From a virus (taxonomy: Duplodnaviria > Caudoviricetes): a stretch of 60,125 nucleotides of DNA. Below are positions 1 through 9,304 of this stretch, piece after piece. Location of the stretch: the IMG/VR virus record IMGVR_UViG_3300043485_000026, positions 1 to 60,125 of that record. One strand, written 5' to 3'. Within the stretch, counting starts at the first letter, position 1. Every line of letters starts with the position of its first letter. The notes under the pieces are model-generated. The model was given only the letters and a program-made list of their open reading frames with translations. It had not been told where the DNA came from and ran no database searches. The position numbers were made by a program, and so were the translations under genes.

Positions 1-126
1 TGAGGTCATCGGCGCTTTCAAGGCCCAGCAGGATCGCAACGTCGTTCAGGGACGCGAACTCGCCCGCGACCGGATCATCGGGGACAACGACTGGGCTCAT
101 GTGACCTCCCTTCCATCACGGCGGGG
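1..126. repeat. Terminal direct repeat (copy 1), circularisation overlap
   Basis: 1-126 is identical to 59979-60104. Joining the ends places the major capsid gene directly upstream of the head-tail adaptor, the expected order. Confidence 0.95.
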
Positions 127-148
127 ACCGGCTTGTGCCGGTCCCCGC
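121..148 (-). terminator. GC-rich hairpin after the major capsid gene (terminator/attenuator)
   Basis: 12-bp perfect stem gcggggaccggc/gccggtccccgc with a 4-nt loop, 10 nt after the capsid stop. No U-tract. Confidence 0.65.
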
Positions 149-158
149 TAGATAGTGC

Positions 159-1085
159 TTACGATCCCTGACCGAAGTTGAGCTGAACAACGCCCTTCGG
201 GTACGCGACAGCGAGGCCGTACATGATGTCCACAACGACCTGATCCTGCTTCGCTGACTCGTCATAGGAGTAGATGACTCGCAGCGACAGGCCCTTGTAG
301 TTCACGACAGCTGAGTTCTCGGCTGGGACACCGCGCGGCTTGTTCAACGGCCGAATCGCCGCGATCACAGCGCTCTTATGGAACGCGACGCCATCCGCCT
401 GCCCAGCGTCGCCGGCACCCAGACCGAACACCTGCGTCTCATACGTCTCAAACCCGAGCGCGCGACCCACGATCGCGTTACGCAACGCATCCGTGGAACC
501 CGACTTGTCCGCGGCGAGAAAGATCTCATCCCCAAGCGCAACCGTCGTGGCTTCCGGCGACAGCACCGCAAACCGTTCCGTCAACGGTAGCTTGTTGCGC
601 GTCAGCACCTCACGCGCCTTGCGGAACACGTAGTTGGCGGTATCCACGGTCGCCGGGTCATCAGACATGTTGACGGTTCCGCCGCCACCACCAGCCTCAG
701 CCGTATCGACAAGCTTCTCCGCAAGCGCACCGTCCATTGCCTGCGCGAGTGCTTCCATCGCGGGCGTCAGAAGCTGCGTCTGAAAGTCGCTGATCTTGAG
801 CGTCATCTGCTCATCCGTGACATGGAACGGGACATGCTTGATCGTGTCGAGTGTCACATCGACCGAATCCTCCGTAGCGTCCTGCCACGTCGTGGTCCGG
901 GCCGTCGTGTCGAACGTCGCAGCCGTGAACGTCGCCGGCTTGCGAATCGTGATCGTGTCGCCGACCTTGCCGTTGAACTCGGCGTTGAAGTCCTGCGACA
1001 CAAGGGCCGCTAGGAGGGTGTTGTTATAGAGCGTCGCAATCCCGCGAGACGCGACGACGTGAGGCGTGATGAACGTGTTTGCCAT
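159..1085 (-). CDS. Major capsid protein (HK97 fold, P22-coat-like family)
   Basis: 308 aa; motifs GKVGDTITIRKP, G..GFETYE, AFHKSA, D.MYG; strong SD AAGGAGG; follows the scaffold; ends ...GQGS. Confidence 0.92.
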   Translation of the reverse strand: MANTFITPHVVASRGIATLYNNTLLAALVSQDFNAEFNGKVGDTITIRKPATFTAATFDTTARTTTWQDATEDSVDVTLDTIKHVPFHVTDEQMTLKISDFQTQLLTPAMEALAQAMDGALAEKLVDTAEAGGGGGTVNMSDDPATVDTANYVFRKAREVLTRNKLPLTERFAVLSPEATTVALGDEIFLAADKSGSTDALRNAIVGRALGFETYETQVFGLGAGDAGQADGVAFHKSAVIAAIRPLNKPRGVPAENSAVVNYKGLSLRVIYSYDESAKQDQVVVDIMYGLAVAYPKGVVQLNFGQGS

Positions 1086-1169
1086 GGTGGCGTAGTCCTC
1101 CTTGCCCCGTTGTCGGGGTCAATGGGATCAATGGGAGGCCGCCATTCGGCAGCACAACAGGAGCGCTAT

Positions 1170-1430
1170 TCAGCGCGACGGGCGATGCCCGGTAAGTTCT
1201 TCGATGGCTGGCATCGTGCAACCCAAACGCACGAACTTAGCGGCCATCTGATGCGCTTCCTGCGGTGTGTCGCATTGCATGATCAACGGTTCGCCTGTCT
1301 CAGCAGCATCGGCGGCTAGTGTAAGCCCGCCGGTCGCTTCGCCTTGACGTTGGCCGCTCGTAATCTGGCGTGCTACGGCTCGAAGAAACGCAGCATCCGC
1401 AGACGCAAAGCGCAGGCCAATACGGATCAT
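1170..1430 (-). CDS. Hypothetical protein between scaffold and capsid
   Basis: 86 aa, ATGA overlap with the scaffold stop. Confidence 0.6.
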   Translation of the reverse strand: MIRIGLRFASADAAFLRAVARQITSGQRQGEATGGLTLAADAAETGEPLIMQCDTPQEAHQMAAKFVRLGCTMPAIEELTGHRPSR

Positions 1431-2143
1431 CCGCGCCCTGCTGACTGAATCTCTTTCAGGTGGTCATCAGGGGTCATCTCGGTCAGCGACTTCTTACCGG
1501 CGCCGCTGCCCTTGCCTCCATCCATGTCAACGACCTGCTTGTGGCCATTGCCGGTCTCGGCACGCAACCTTGGATGTTCTTCTAGCAGATCGGTGAGAAA
1601 CGCCGTGATCGCGTCGCGTTGCACACGACCGTCAGCATAGATCTCGTCGTATGTTAGGTCGCCGTTACGCAACGCCCGGTCCAACCTGAGTTGCGCATCA
1701 TCCGGGTCCGCGAACTTGAGCGTGGCTTTCTTGTCGCCGTCGCCAACCTCGAAGCCCTGCAACGACAGCTTTGTGACCGCGTTCTCAATCCGATCGGTGC
1801 GACGCTCAGCCTCATACTTCGTTGTGATCTCGCTCGCCGCTTCCTCACGGGCCTTAGCGATCGCCTTTTCCTGCTCTGACAGGTTCGCGGCCTCGATCTT
1901 CGACAGACGCTCTTTCAGCTCGTCGCGTTCCTTCGCAGCCAGAGCCCGCTCGCGCTCCGCCTTCTTAGCGCGCGACTCATTCTTGCGAGACTTGACTTGC
2001 CAGTCGTCGTCCTTGCCTACCTTGTCGTCGTCCTTATCATCATCCTCTGAATCGTCAACGGCAGCATTCGCTTCCGCGACGATCCTTGCAGCCTCCGCGT
2101 CAGCGGCGGCCTTCGCAACAGCATCGTCATCTTCGGTAGCCAT
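1427..2143 (-). CDS. Head scaffolding protein
   Basis: Acidic N-terminus, W..KSRKNE.RAK coiled coil and LSEQEKA motif; SD AAAGGAG before ATG at 2143; lies upstream of the capsid gene. Confidence 0.85.
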   Translation of the reverse strand: MATEDDDAVAKAAADAEAARIVAEANAAVDDSEDDDKDDDKVGKDDDWQVKSRKNESRAKKAERERALAAKERDELKERLSKIEAANLSEQEKAIAKAREEAASEITTKYEAERRTDRIENAVTKLSLQGFEVGDGDKKATLKFADPDDAQLRLDRALRNGDLTYDEIYADGRVQRDAITAFLTDLLEEHPRLRAETGNGHKQVVDMDGGKGSGAGKKSLTEMTPDDHLKEIQSAGRG

Positions 2144-2178
2144 TCGGCTCCTTTGCTTGGGCGCCATTCGGCGCCGGT

Positions 2179-2952
2179 TTAGGCCGCGAGGTCATCGGGG
2201 CCGGTAAATTTGTGAGCAGCATTGACTAGAAGCGGTCCAAGCTCCCCATGCAGGACTGCCGCCACTGTTGGTTCCTCACGTGACGCACCCTGCTTCACGA
2301 TGCGCATAACACCGCTCTCAGGAGCAACGGCCAGATCGTTGTCCGTCTTGCCGAAGAAGTCCCCGCGGTTCGCGCTCGTGATCACATCCACGCCACATCC
2401 ACAACGGTTGTGAATCTCCATGAGGACGCCCGTTCGGTAGCGCCTACCAGACGCCAAGACGCACAAGGGGCACGCATCGCCATCCGGCACACGGCGATAC
2501 CCCAAGATCCGTCGTTCAGCCTCCCCAACGGCCTGCAAGGTGTGCCTCATCGTGTTCTGCACATCCATCGCCGCGGAACCCGTTGCCTGCTCACGACCAG
2601 CAGCAACCGCCTGCTCATACGGCGTGTGGTCTTTCAACGCGGTCCATGTCGTGACGAACGGCCGGCGATAAATCACATCGGGCGTTGTCCCGTTTCGCAC
2701 CGCTGCGCCGATCAGCATGTCGATGTCGAACCCGATTGGCGAGCTACGTAGGGAACGAGCGATGAAAGCACTAGTTAGCGAGGCCGATCGTCGCTGGGCC
2801 GCTAACACGAGCGGCACCACGATCGCCAGAAACCGCGCGACATCAGGCGCGTCATAGCTCGCCAGCCGATCCCAAGCCGTTGAAACGCCTTGCACCGCCA
2901 AGGCACGTAGACGCGCCTGCGCTTCAATGTGCGCCTCAGCAGCAGTCGCCAT
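2179..2952 (-). CDS. MuF-like minor head / capsid morphogenesis protein
   Basis: 257 aa after the portal, with GYRRVPDGDACPLC..LA and H.RCGC motifs. Confidence 0.75.
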   Translation of the reverse strand: MATAAEAHIEAQARLRALAVQGVSTAWDRLASYDAPDVARFLAIVVPLVLAAQRRSASLTSAFIARSLRSSPIGFDIDMLIGAAVRNGTTPDVIYRRPFVTTWTALKDHTPYEQAVAAGREQATGSAAMDVQNTMRHTLQAVGEAERRILGYRRVPDGDACPLCVLASGRRYRTGVLMEIHNRCGCGVDVITSANRGDFFGKTDNDLAVAPESGVMRIVKQGASREEPTVAAVLHGELGPLLVNAAHKFTGPDDLAA

Positions 2953-2953
2953 T

Positions 2954-4447
2954 TCAGGCGGTCACAGCAACAGGCGCGTCCACGGTCTTTGCAACCGGCT
3001 CAGCCGCCGCAGCCAAAAGCTGGCCCAGCACATCATCGGCCATCATTGTGGCCCACAAGTTCGCGTCCTCCTGCGTGGCGTTCAGGAAGCGGGTCCAGAT
3101 CACCTGTAGCGGCAGGAGATCCTTCAATTTGATCGCAGCATCTGCCATCTCAGCCATTGAGCGAGCCTCATGGTTCTGCCACAGTAGGGATGCGCGAGGC
3201 GACAAGTACACCGGGTCCGGTAGAGCAAGTCCAGCGACCCTCAATGTCTCCTCATGGCCCTCGCCCAGGGAAGCCTTATGCGCAACAACCTTCGCGTTCA
3301 AACCACCCTCATCAGCACGAATCGCATCGGCTGACAAGTTAGAAAACCCGCCGGCCATTGGGAAATAGTGGCGCGGGGTCTTCGTGATCATCGCGAGCTG
3401 GCCAAGCTCCTCAAGCACGCTCAAGTTCTTACGATCTGCCGCCGCGAACTCAGCGAGCTTCGCGGTCGGGTCCTCCAACATGAACGCCTCATCGGCCATC
3501 GACTTGAACGGCGGGCGGGCACGACGACGCTCCGTCGTTCCATCGGACTCGAAAAGCTGGTTGCCGTCGTCGTCCTTCAAGAACTCCCAGTCGATCTGCT
3601 GGCCGATTACGCCACGCAACGGGAAGCCCTGCCAGAACGCCACGACCAGGCCAAGGAACGTCAGGAGGTTGATCCGGTCAATGAGCCCCGTTGAATGCTC
3701 GTACTCGCCGCGGGCATAACCGAACGGGCCGGGCTTCAACCGCCTGTTCACCGGCAGCTCGACAACGGGGACAACGCCAACCCCGTTGCGCTGCAAAGGA
3801 TTCGGGAGCTGCCAATCCGCGTTTGTTTCGCCGCGTGGCTCCCACCAATCCCCGCCAACCCTGAACCGGCCACCGGCACGGCTCGAATCGTCCTGCTTGC
3901 GTGATCGCTGAAACTTGAAGACCCCATCGGGGCGATACAGAGTCGCGTACACCGAATCGTCGTCCTCAAGCCAACGCCTGAGCGCTGCGACACGATGACG
4001 ACGCGACCCGTGGCGATACATGACCACCATCTGATCCGGCCCATCAAGGGAAATCTCCGGTGACGCATCAGGCATCGGCTGAACCAGCGCAAACGAACGC
4101 CCAGACATCAACGACGCGGAATGCGCAAGCTTTGATTCAGCGTCCATCTGATTGTCCTGCCAGACACCCCACACGGCTTCGTCCTGCTTCTCGCCGCCCT
4201 TCGGTGACCGGATCCCTGAAACCTCAAGGCGATCCGTAACAGAATCAACGACAAGGGAACCCCACGGGGCTTCAGCCATCGGCATCAACATGCGATACGC
4301 CTTCGTGACGCGAGCCCGAACAATCGCCGCTGGCAACGGACAAGCGCCCGTGTAATACGAATCCATCAGGTTGTGGGCCGTGGTTCGCCGATCCAGTTCG
4401 GCCATTGTCGTGGAGAGCTGCTTGCGAAGCTCCTGCGCTGTAGCCAA
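2954..4447 (-). CDS. Portal protein (SPP1 gp6-like)
   Basis: 497 aa after terL; YY.G, LVVD..DRL, WQDNQMD, NLSADAIRA.E motifs. Confidence 0.92.
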   Translation of the reverse strand: MATAQELRKQLSTTMAELDRRTTAHNLMDSYYTGACPLPAAIVRARVTKAYRMLMPMAEAPWGSLVVDSVTDRLEVSGIRSPKGGEKQDEAVWGVWQDNQMDAESKLAHSASLMSGRSFALVQPMPDASPEISLDGPDQMVVMYRHGSRRHRVAALRRWLEDDDSVYATLYRPDGVFKFQRSRKQDDSSRAGGRFRVGGDWWEPRGETNADWQLPNPLQRNGVGVVPVVELPVNRRLKPGPFGYARGEYEHSTGLIDRINLLTFLGLVVAFWQGFPLRGVIGQQIDWEFLKDDDGNQLFESDGTTERRRARPPFKSMADEAFMLEDPTAKLAEFAAADRKNLSVLEELGQLAMITKTPRHYFPMAGGFSNLSADAIRADEGGLNAKVVAHKASLGEGHEETLRVAGLALPDPVYLSPRASLLWQNHEARSMAEMADAAIKLKDLLPLQVIWTRFLNATQEDANLWATMMADDVLGQLLAAAAEPVAKTVDAPVAVTA

Positions 4448-4460
4448 CTAGATCACCTCC

Positions 4461-6191
4461 TCACCACGACGCATACGAACCCCTAGAAGCTGATTGCCGA
4501 TTCAGAACCCCGGCCCTGATCGCGTCCTGCCGCGCTCGCCAGGACAAGCAGCCGCACATCGCGAGATCGATCTTCAACTTAGACTTCTGCGATTCCTTCG
4601 AGATCAACCAGAGAAACCGGGCGCGCTGCTTCGCCTCGCCCGATTCCGATTCAGCGACATCCTCATCACGAATCTTCGTCGGACGCTTGATCGCATTCCC
4701 AACATGCTTGATGAACGCGGCATGAGCGGTCGCAGCCTCAGGTGTCTCATCCAACGGACCATGAGACAACGCTGGTCGCTGCTCCCCATCGGCCTGCGCA
4801 ATCACGCGCATAGCCGTCTTGTATTCCTTCAACGCGTAGCCCATCGCCATTTTGCGGTTCGTCCACCACTCAACGACTCGATCAGCGCCATACTGCCCGG
4901 CCCAGCGCGACAAATCCTCCCGATAGTGCGGTGGGTCAGCGTACATCCGCCACACAACCCAGAAATCGAAGGCGAACGCGACCGCTTCGTCAAGCTCATC
5001 GATCGGGACTTCCCAATCATCGTCATCCGACAAGTCTGGTGGGCGCTCCCATACCGCTACGACAACCTGATGCCCCGATTCAACGTCTGTTGCTACCAGG
5101 CCCGTTGAATCGAAGAAGAGGGCGCCATCAAACCCGAGCGTGACCGTTCGCCCAGCCTCGATGCCGTAGGTCGTCGCCAAGGCGGCAAACACCTCAACAT
5201 CGAATGCCTTGCCGCCACCCGCAACAGCACGGTTGCCAAAGAATCGCTCGGCCTGTGTTGGATCGGTCTCAAGTAGTTCGGCGGCCTCAGCCTCAATGGC
5301 ATCTAAGTCCACCCAGGGGCAACCCTCATACACCCGACGATGAATCTTGCGACGCTCAGCCTTGTTCGTATACGACAAGCTCGGCGGCGACTCGGGATGA
5401 TGGCGAAAGATATCCAAGCGCTGCGACTCAGCCGTGCGTTGCGCGACCGAATGCTCAGCCGGATCCCACGCATTCGTGGTTTCCTCCGCACGACCACCCA
5501 TCCCAGCCAACCCGCGACGCTGAGTCTCCGCAACCCGAATCATGCCGCCCTGCGCCGTCCAAATCCCCGTCTCATCCTGCGGACAGAACGTCACACGCTG
5601 CCCAAGGCGGGAACGCGCGCTCGACGTGACCACATCGATACGACCCTTGTTCGGCAGACGGATGAACTCCTCGCCCGTCTTCGGGATCAGGTCATGCAAC
5701 GGACCATCATCGATCATTGGCCGCAACGCGTCATAGATGTTGTCCGTCTGTTCCTCTGACGTAGCCGTGATCTGGATAAGCGGCGTCGGCCACGCCTGGC
5801 CCATCGCCTCACCGGGCTCATACTCGTAGACCCAACCACAACCACAGCCATGATCGCGACAATCCCAGAGTTCGCCACCCACGGCCCAACCAGCAAACAA
5901 CGCTGGCCCAACACCCTCAACGCAAACATGTGCCGCCGTATACGGGGCTTTACCAGCCTTCTGAGGAAGCACGACCTGCGAACGGCGATAAAAGAACGCC
6001 GGGGCGAGCTGCCCCACACGTGCCGAAGGTCGCACGCGGTAGAAATTCAGCAGCGACCATAACTGCCAATCCACAAGCTTGAACGGATCGCCCTTCAAAA
6101 AACCATCCGGGACAATGCAATGAGCAGAAACCCAATCGGCTGCGACAAACAGCGTCGGAAAGTCGATCAGGTAGTCGCTACGGTGCGCCAC
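4461..6191 (-). CDS. terL: Terminase large subunit
   Basis: Walker A-like PQKAGK, ATSEEQT, Walker B-like QDETG, TTNA; nuclease domain LGFDG..FDST, ADPP, KIDLAM. Confidence 0.95.
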   Translation of the reverse strand: MAHRSDYLIDFPTLFVAADWVSAHCIVPDGFLKGDPFKLVDWQLWSLLNFYRVRPSARVGQLAPAFFYRRSQVVLPQKAGKAPYTAAHVCVEGVGPALFAGWAVGGELWDCRDHGCGCGWVYEYEPGEAMGQAWPTPLIQITATSEEQTDNIYDALRPMIDDGPLHDLIPKTGEEFIRLPNKGRIDVVTSSARSRLGQRVTFCPQDETGIWTAQGGMIRVAETQRRGLAGMGGRAEETTNAWDPAEHSVAQRTAESQRLDIFRHHPESPPSLSYTNKAERRKIHRRVYEGCPWVDLDAIEAEAAELLETDPTQAERFFGNRAVAGGGKAFDVEVFAALATTYGIEAGRTVTLGFDGALFFDSTGLVATDVESGHQVVVAVWERPPDLSDDDDWEVPIDELDEAVAFAFDFWVVWRMYADPPHYREDLSRWAGQYGADRVVEWWTNRKMAMGYALKEYKTAMRVIAQADGEQRPALSHGPLDETPEAATAHAAFIKHVGNAIKRPTKIRDEDVAESESGEAKQRARFLWLISKESQKSKLKIDLAMCGCLSWRARQDAIRAGVLNRQSASRGSYASW

Positions 6192-6645
6192 CGCTCACGA
6201 CCTTGAAACGGTCACGAGCAGACCCGCCCACAGAACCCCTGGATACTGTGCTGGGAACGGTTACGGGTGCATCCTCAGCGATCAGCCAACGATTACGAAG
6301 CAACCCCGGCAACGAAATCCCCAACGCCTCCTGCTGCTGACGAACAAGCGTTCTCGCCGCAACCGTCGCATTCAACTGCTCAGCCGTCGCAAACGACCGC
6401 ACATACATCGCGACCTCAGACTCCTGGCCATTACGCTCCCACATCACAGCCTGAGGACGACACCACTCCGCATCCCACAACACCCGCTCGCGCTCGGTCT
6501 GATCAGCCAACGGCCAACTAGGCACCGGACCCTCACGACCAGCAGCCGGCAACGTCGTCCAACCAGCATCATCCCGACGATCCCGACGCAAAGCATTCGG
6601 ATCCGGCGGCGGCCCCGAATGAGCCCTAGCACCACCCTTAGACAC
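6178..6645 (-). CDS. terS: Terminase small subunit
   Basis: GGAR.HSGPPPDPNALRR and LGISLPGLLRNRW motifs of actinophage TerS; overlaps the terL start. Confidence 0.85.
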   Translation of the reverse strand: MSKGGARAHSGPPPDPNALRRDRRDDAGWTTLPAAGREGPVPSWPLADQTERERVLWDAEWCRPQAVMWERNGQESEVAMYVRSFATAEQLNATVAARTLVRQQQEALGISLPGLLRNRWLIAEDAPVTVPSTVSRGSVGGSARDRFKVVSGGAP

Positions 6646-6753
6646 GCAAACCACCATCCAATCTCAGAGTTCGGAACCCGACTGGCCCCAGCATCGCAGT
6701 CCTCTCCGGTCCAGATCGGCAAAATCCGGTTGGGGCACGGCCCCCATAAAATT

Positions 6754-7449
6754 TCAGGCGGCGTAGAGCCGTCTGCGCATCTCGTGGTACGTGGTTGCCA
6801 CTGGGATCCATGGCAGTGCTTCTAGGAGCGTTAGCGAGCCTTTGAGGCTGTTGCAGGTGCGGCAGGCAGCGGTGCGGTTAACCCAGTCGTCTTGGCCGCC
6901 GTGTAGTCGCGGATCTATGTGGTCTAACGCTTGGCATGCGTTACCGCAGTAGGCGCATGGGTCTTTCCGTAGCGTTCGATTGTAGGCCCACTTGTCTCGC
7001 GTGGTGACTGGTCCGAAGTACTGGTTGAGGGTCGCGAGGGCACAGTACTCTCGCCACGCCCAGATAGCTGCTTCGTTCCGGGGGCCTATGACAGCTAGAC
7101 GGCTGCGTTGGCTGAGCGCTTTTGCTTGCGTCTGCGCGACATGCCATGCGATCTTGCAGGAGGCACCGCAGAACTTGGATGCGTGGGCTGAGACGCCATC
7201 CTCGCCGACTACGCATGCCTTGCTGCATTGAGCGCAGTTGAATGCTTCGATGATTGGCGCGTCGAGAGGGATCGTTGCGATGCCGTCTCGTGTGCGTTGA
7301 ACGTGGTTGCTTGCTCGTTTGGCGCATCGGCTGCGGGCTTGACGATTGCCGGCTGAGTGACGTTGGGCGTCTGTTGGCGGGCAGTAGGTTTGGTTGGCTG
7401 TGGCTGGCGTGAAGGTGTTGCCGCACGTTGGGCAGGTACGCTCTTGCAT
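6754..7449 (-). CDS. HNH endonuclease with N-terminal Zn-finger repeats
   Basis: CAYCG...DHIDP...GG.D..VN...AC..CN..KG, plus extra CxxC clusters. Confidence 0.88.
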   Translation of the reverse strand: MQERTCPTCGNTFTPATANQTYCPPTDAQRHSAGNRQARSRCAKRASNHVQRTRDGIATIPLDAPIIEAFNCAQCSKACVVGEDGVSAHASKFCGASCKIAWHVAQTQAKALSQRSRLAVIGPRNEAAIWAWREYCALATLNQYFGPVTTRDKWAYNRTLRKDPCAYCGNACQALDHIDPRLHGGQDDWVNRTAACRTCNSLKGSLTLLEALPWIPVATTYHEMRRRLYAA

Positions 7450-7508
7450 GTTGGACCTCTCGTGTAGGTCTGGCCTGACCCTCGGCGATTAGTAGTCGCG
7501 CGAGGGTC
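7450..7508 (+). promoter_or_regulatory. HNH-leader two-hairpin element, copy 1 (candidate antisense RNA)
   Basis: 9-bp stem with 7-nt loop, 2-nt linker, then a bulged hairpin; same geometry as 54898-54956. Confidence 0.7.
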
Positions 7509-7660
7509 GCTTACGTTTGGTGGGGCTTAGCCGATGCTATCGGCCGATATCAGCATTGCTAGCAGCGTCACGATGAGCACGGGTGCGGCGCGTCGTGGGC
7601 AGCCTGTGAGGATCAGCAAGAGGGTTGCTGCGAACACGAGCCAGAAGACCAGGCCCAAGC

Positions 7661-7855
7661 TCATCGGTTGCGTGCCATGGCTAAGAGATTAACGCCGCTG
7701 GTCTGCTCGTCTACTGCGACTACAGCGATGGGCCGCGTCCGTTCGACTCCCCAGCCGTCAACGCAGGCTACGTCGTATTGGACGCGCTTCCATGGCAACG
7801 GGGTGCTCACGACACCATCTGCGTAGATGACGCGATACAAGGGCTCGCTGCTCAT
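7661..7855 (-). CDS. Hypothetical protein
   Basis: 64 aa (MSSEPLYRVIY...) in the - strand gene chain. Confidence 0.5.
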   Translation of the reverse strand: MSSEPLYRVIYADGVVSTPLPWKRVQYDVACVDGWGVERTRPIAVVAVDEQTSGVNLLAMARNR

Positions 7856-7982
7856 CGCTGGTTCCATGGCCATGAGCCATTGCCGCCAAGGCTTCCCGTT
7901 GAGCGGACGTACGTGGAGAGGACACACAGCAGAAGCACTGCGATCACGGCCCAGAACACGATGTTGTCTCCGCAAGCCACGC

Positions 7983-8186
7983 TCAATCGCCTTGAGGCCA
8001 TGACGGTGCTCGGCGCTCTACGCGGCGTCCACTGGCCGTAGGCGCGAGCGTGGGCTGGTCTGAGACCTCGCGTTGTACTGCGTTGACGACGAACGACGAG
8101 AACGTGTGCGGATGGCCTCGGCGTTGGACTTCAGCCATGATCGCTGTGTAGGTCTCGTCTGGGAAGCGGATGGTTCGCTGAGGCAT
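7983..8186 (-). CDS. Ribbon-helix-helix DNA-binding protein
   Basis: MPQRTIRFPDETY...FSSFVVNAV pattern. Confidence 0.65.
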   Translation of the reverse strand: MPQRTIRFPDETYTAIMAEVQRRGHPHTFSSFVVNAVQREVSDQPTLAPTASGRRVERRAPSWPQGD

Positions 8187-8316
8187 CAGTCGTCGCGCCT
8201 CGTGTCGCCTTTGCCCGCGAGGATCAGATAGCTCGCCGCGAGTCCAACCAGCGAGACAACGATAAGGACCAACGGAATGGTTGTGTGCATGCGTCCCACT
8301 GTACCACGCTGGGACG

Positions 8317-8637
8317 CTAGTAGTTGATGCGTCGAGCTGCTGTTGCCTGCTCGCTCGTCGCAGCCTTATGGCAGGCCGAACAAATCCCGCCCAGACTCCC
8401 GAGCGAATGGTCATGCTTCGAACCAATGTGATGGCACTCCGTGCTCAGCGCAAGGCCCTGACAAGCCCTGCCGTCCGTGCACAACGGATCGCGTGCGAGA
8501 ACCCTGCGACGCCGTGCTTCCCAGTCTGTGGGTAGTTCTGTGCGGCGTGTGCTGCCTTCCCATGCGATCTTTGGATGATCGGGGCAGGGCATCAGCTCGA
8601 AGCAGAAGGGGACTGAGCACACCTTACGAGCCGGCAT
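8317..8637 (-). CDS. HNH endonuclease, terminase-associated type
   Basis: C..PFC...C.DH, W...R..VLARDPLC, HH...H...L..IC..CH; this type is typical upstream of terS in cos phages. Confidence 0.85.
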   Translation of the reverse strand: MPARKVCSVPFCFELMPCPDHPKIAWEGSTRRTELPTDWEARRRRVLARDPLCTDGRACQGLALSTECHHIGSKHDHSLGSLGGICSACHKAATSEQATAARRINY

Positions 8638-8640
8638 CGT

Positions 8641-9144
8641 CTAAAGACTAATCCGCTTGGCACGCGGTGATTGCTGCTGAGCTTCTAGGCGCTTTGCCGC
8701 CTTTCTCGCCGCACGATCGCATCGAGCGTTCCATTCCTCACGAGTCTCTTTCCTGCGTTCTATGAGCAGCGGGATTTTGGCGTTCCTTCTGCGCTGCCAT
8801 TCCACCGCATCATGCACCTTTTGGCGTGCGGGCTCAGTACCGACCTGAGCGTCCCGTTCAGCTTGGCCGGATAGACGCTCCGCGATGTTGACGGCTGCCC
8901 TCTCAGCGTCGTAATAGAAGCCTTGGAGATCTAGTCCGATAACGCCCGCTCTCTCAAGGATATGCGCCTGCTGGTGGCAAGCCGCGCAAAGCGGGATTAG
9001 ATCCTCAAGCCGTGCTTTGAGCTTGGACCAAGCGCGCGAGCGTAGGTAGTGGTTGTAGCTGGCGTAGCCAAGTGCGCGAAGGTCAAGTTCGCGGACCAAC
9101 TGTCGCGTTTCCCGCTCGCTCCTGCTGTAGGGTTTGCGCTGCAC
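8641..9144 (-). CDS. Degenerate HNH-family protein (internal in-frame deletion)
   Basis: SYNHYLRS..W is joined directly to LEDLIPLC..CH; it lacks the CxxC/HH core present in paralog 18589-19035. Confidence 0.65.
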   Translation of the reverse strand: MQRKPYSRSERETRQLVRELDLRALGYASYNHYLRSRAWSKLKARLEDLIPLCAACHQQAHILERAGVIGLDLQGFYYDAERAAVNIAERLSGQAERDAQVGTEPARQKVHDAVEWQRRRNAKIPLLIERRKETREEWNARCDRAARKAAKRLEAQQQSPRAKRISL

Positions 9145-9195
9145 GGGAGTCTGATCCTCTCGTGCCAGGCCCGGGCGCTTGAACGCTGCGGGGCC
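9141..9195 (+). promoter_or_regulatory. HNH-leader two-hairpin element, copy 3 (divergent)
   Basis: GCACGGGAG-N7-CTCTCGTGC, CA linker, then a GGCCCGGGCG...CGCTGCGGGGCC hairpin. Confidence 0.55.
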
Positions 9196-9304
9196 GTCTT
9201 ATGGGTGGGGCGAAGGCGGCCTACTCACCGGCTGACCCGTATTCTCAGGGCCACATCGGTCTTGGGTCAGGTGGCATCTTACATACCGATTCGGATGCGT
9301 TGCG

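Noticed and set aside
1-126. Biological direct terminal repeats
   Set aside because: The repeat falls inside the head-tail adaptor gene and its length is typical of an assembler overlap. A better terminus candidate lies upstream of terS.
340-6521. Numerous + strand ORFs over the structural genes (also 40-59 kb)
   Set aside because: Antisense shadows of GC-rich - strand genes, with Arg/Pro/Ser-rich low-information translations.
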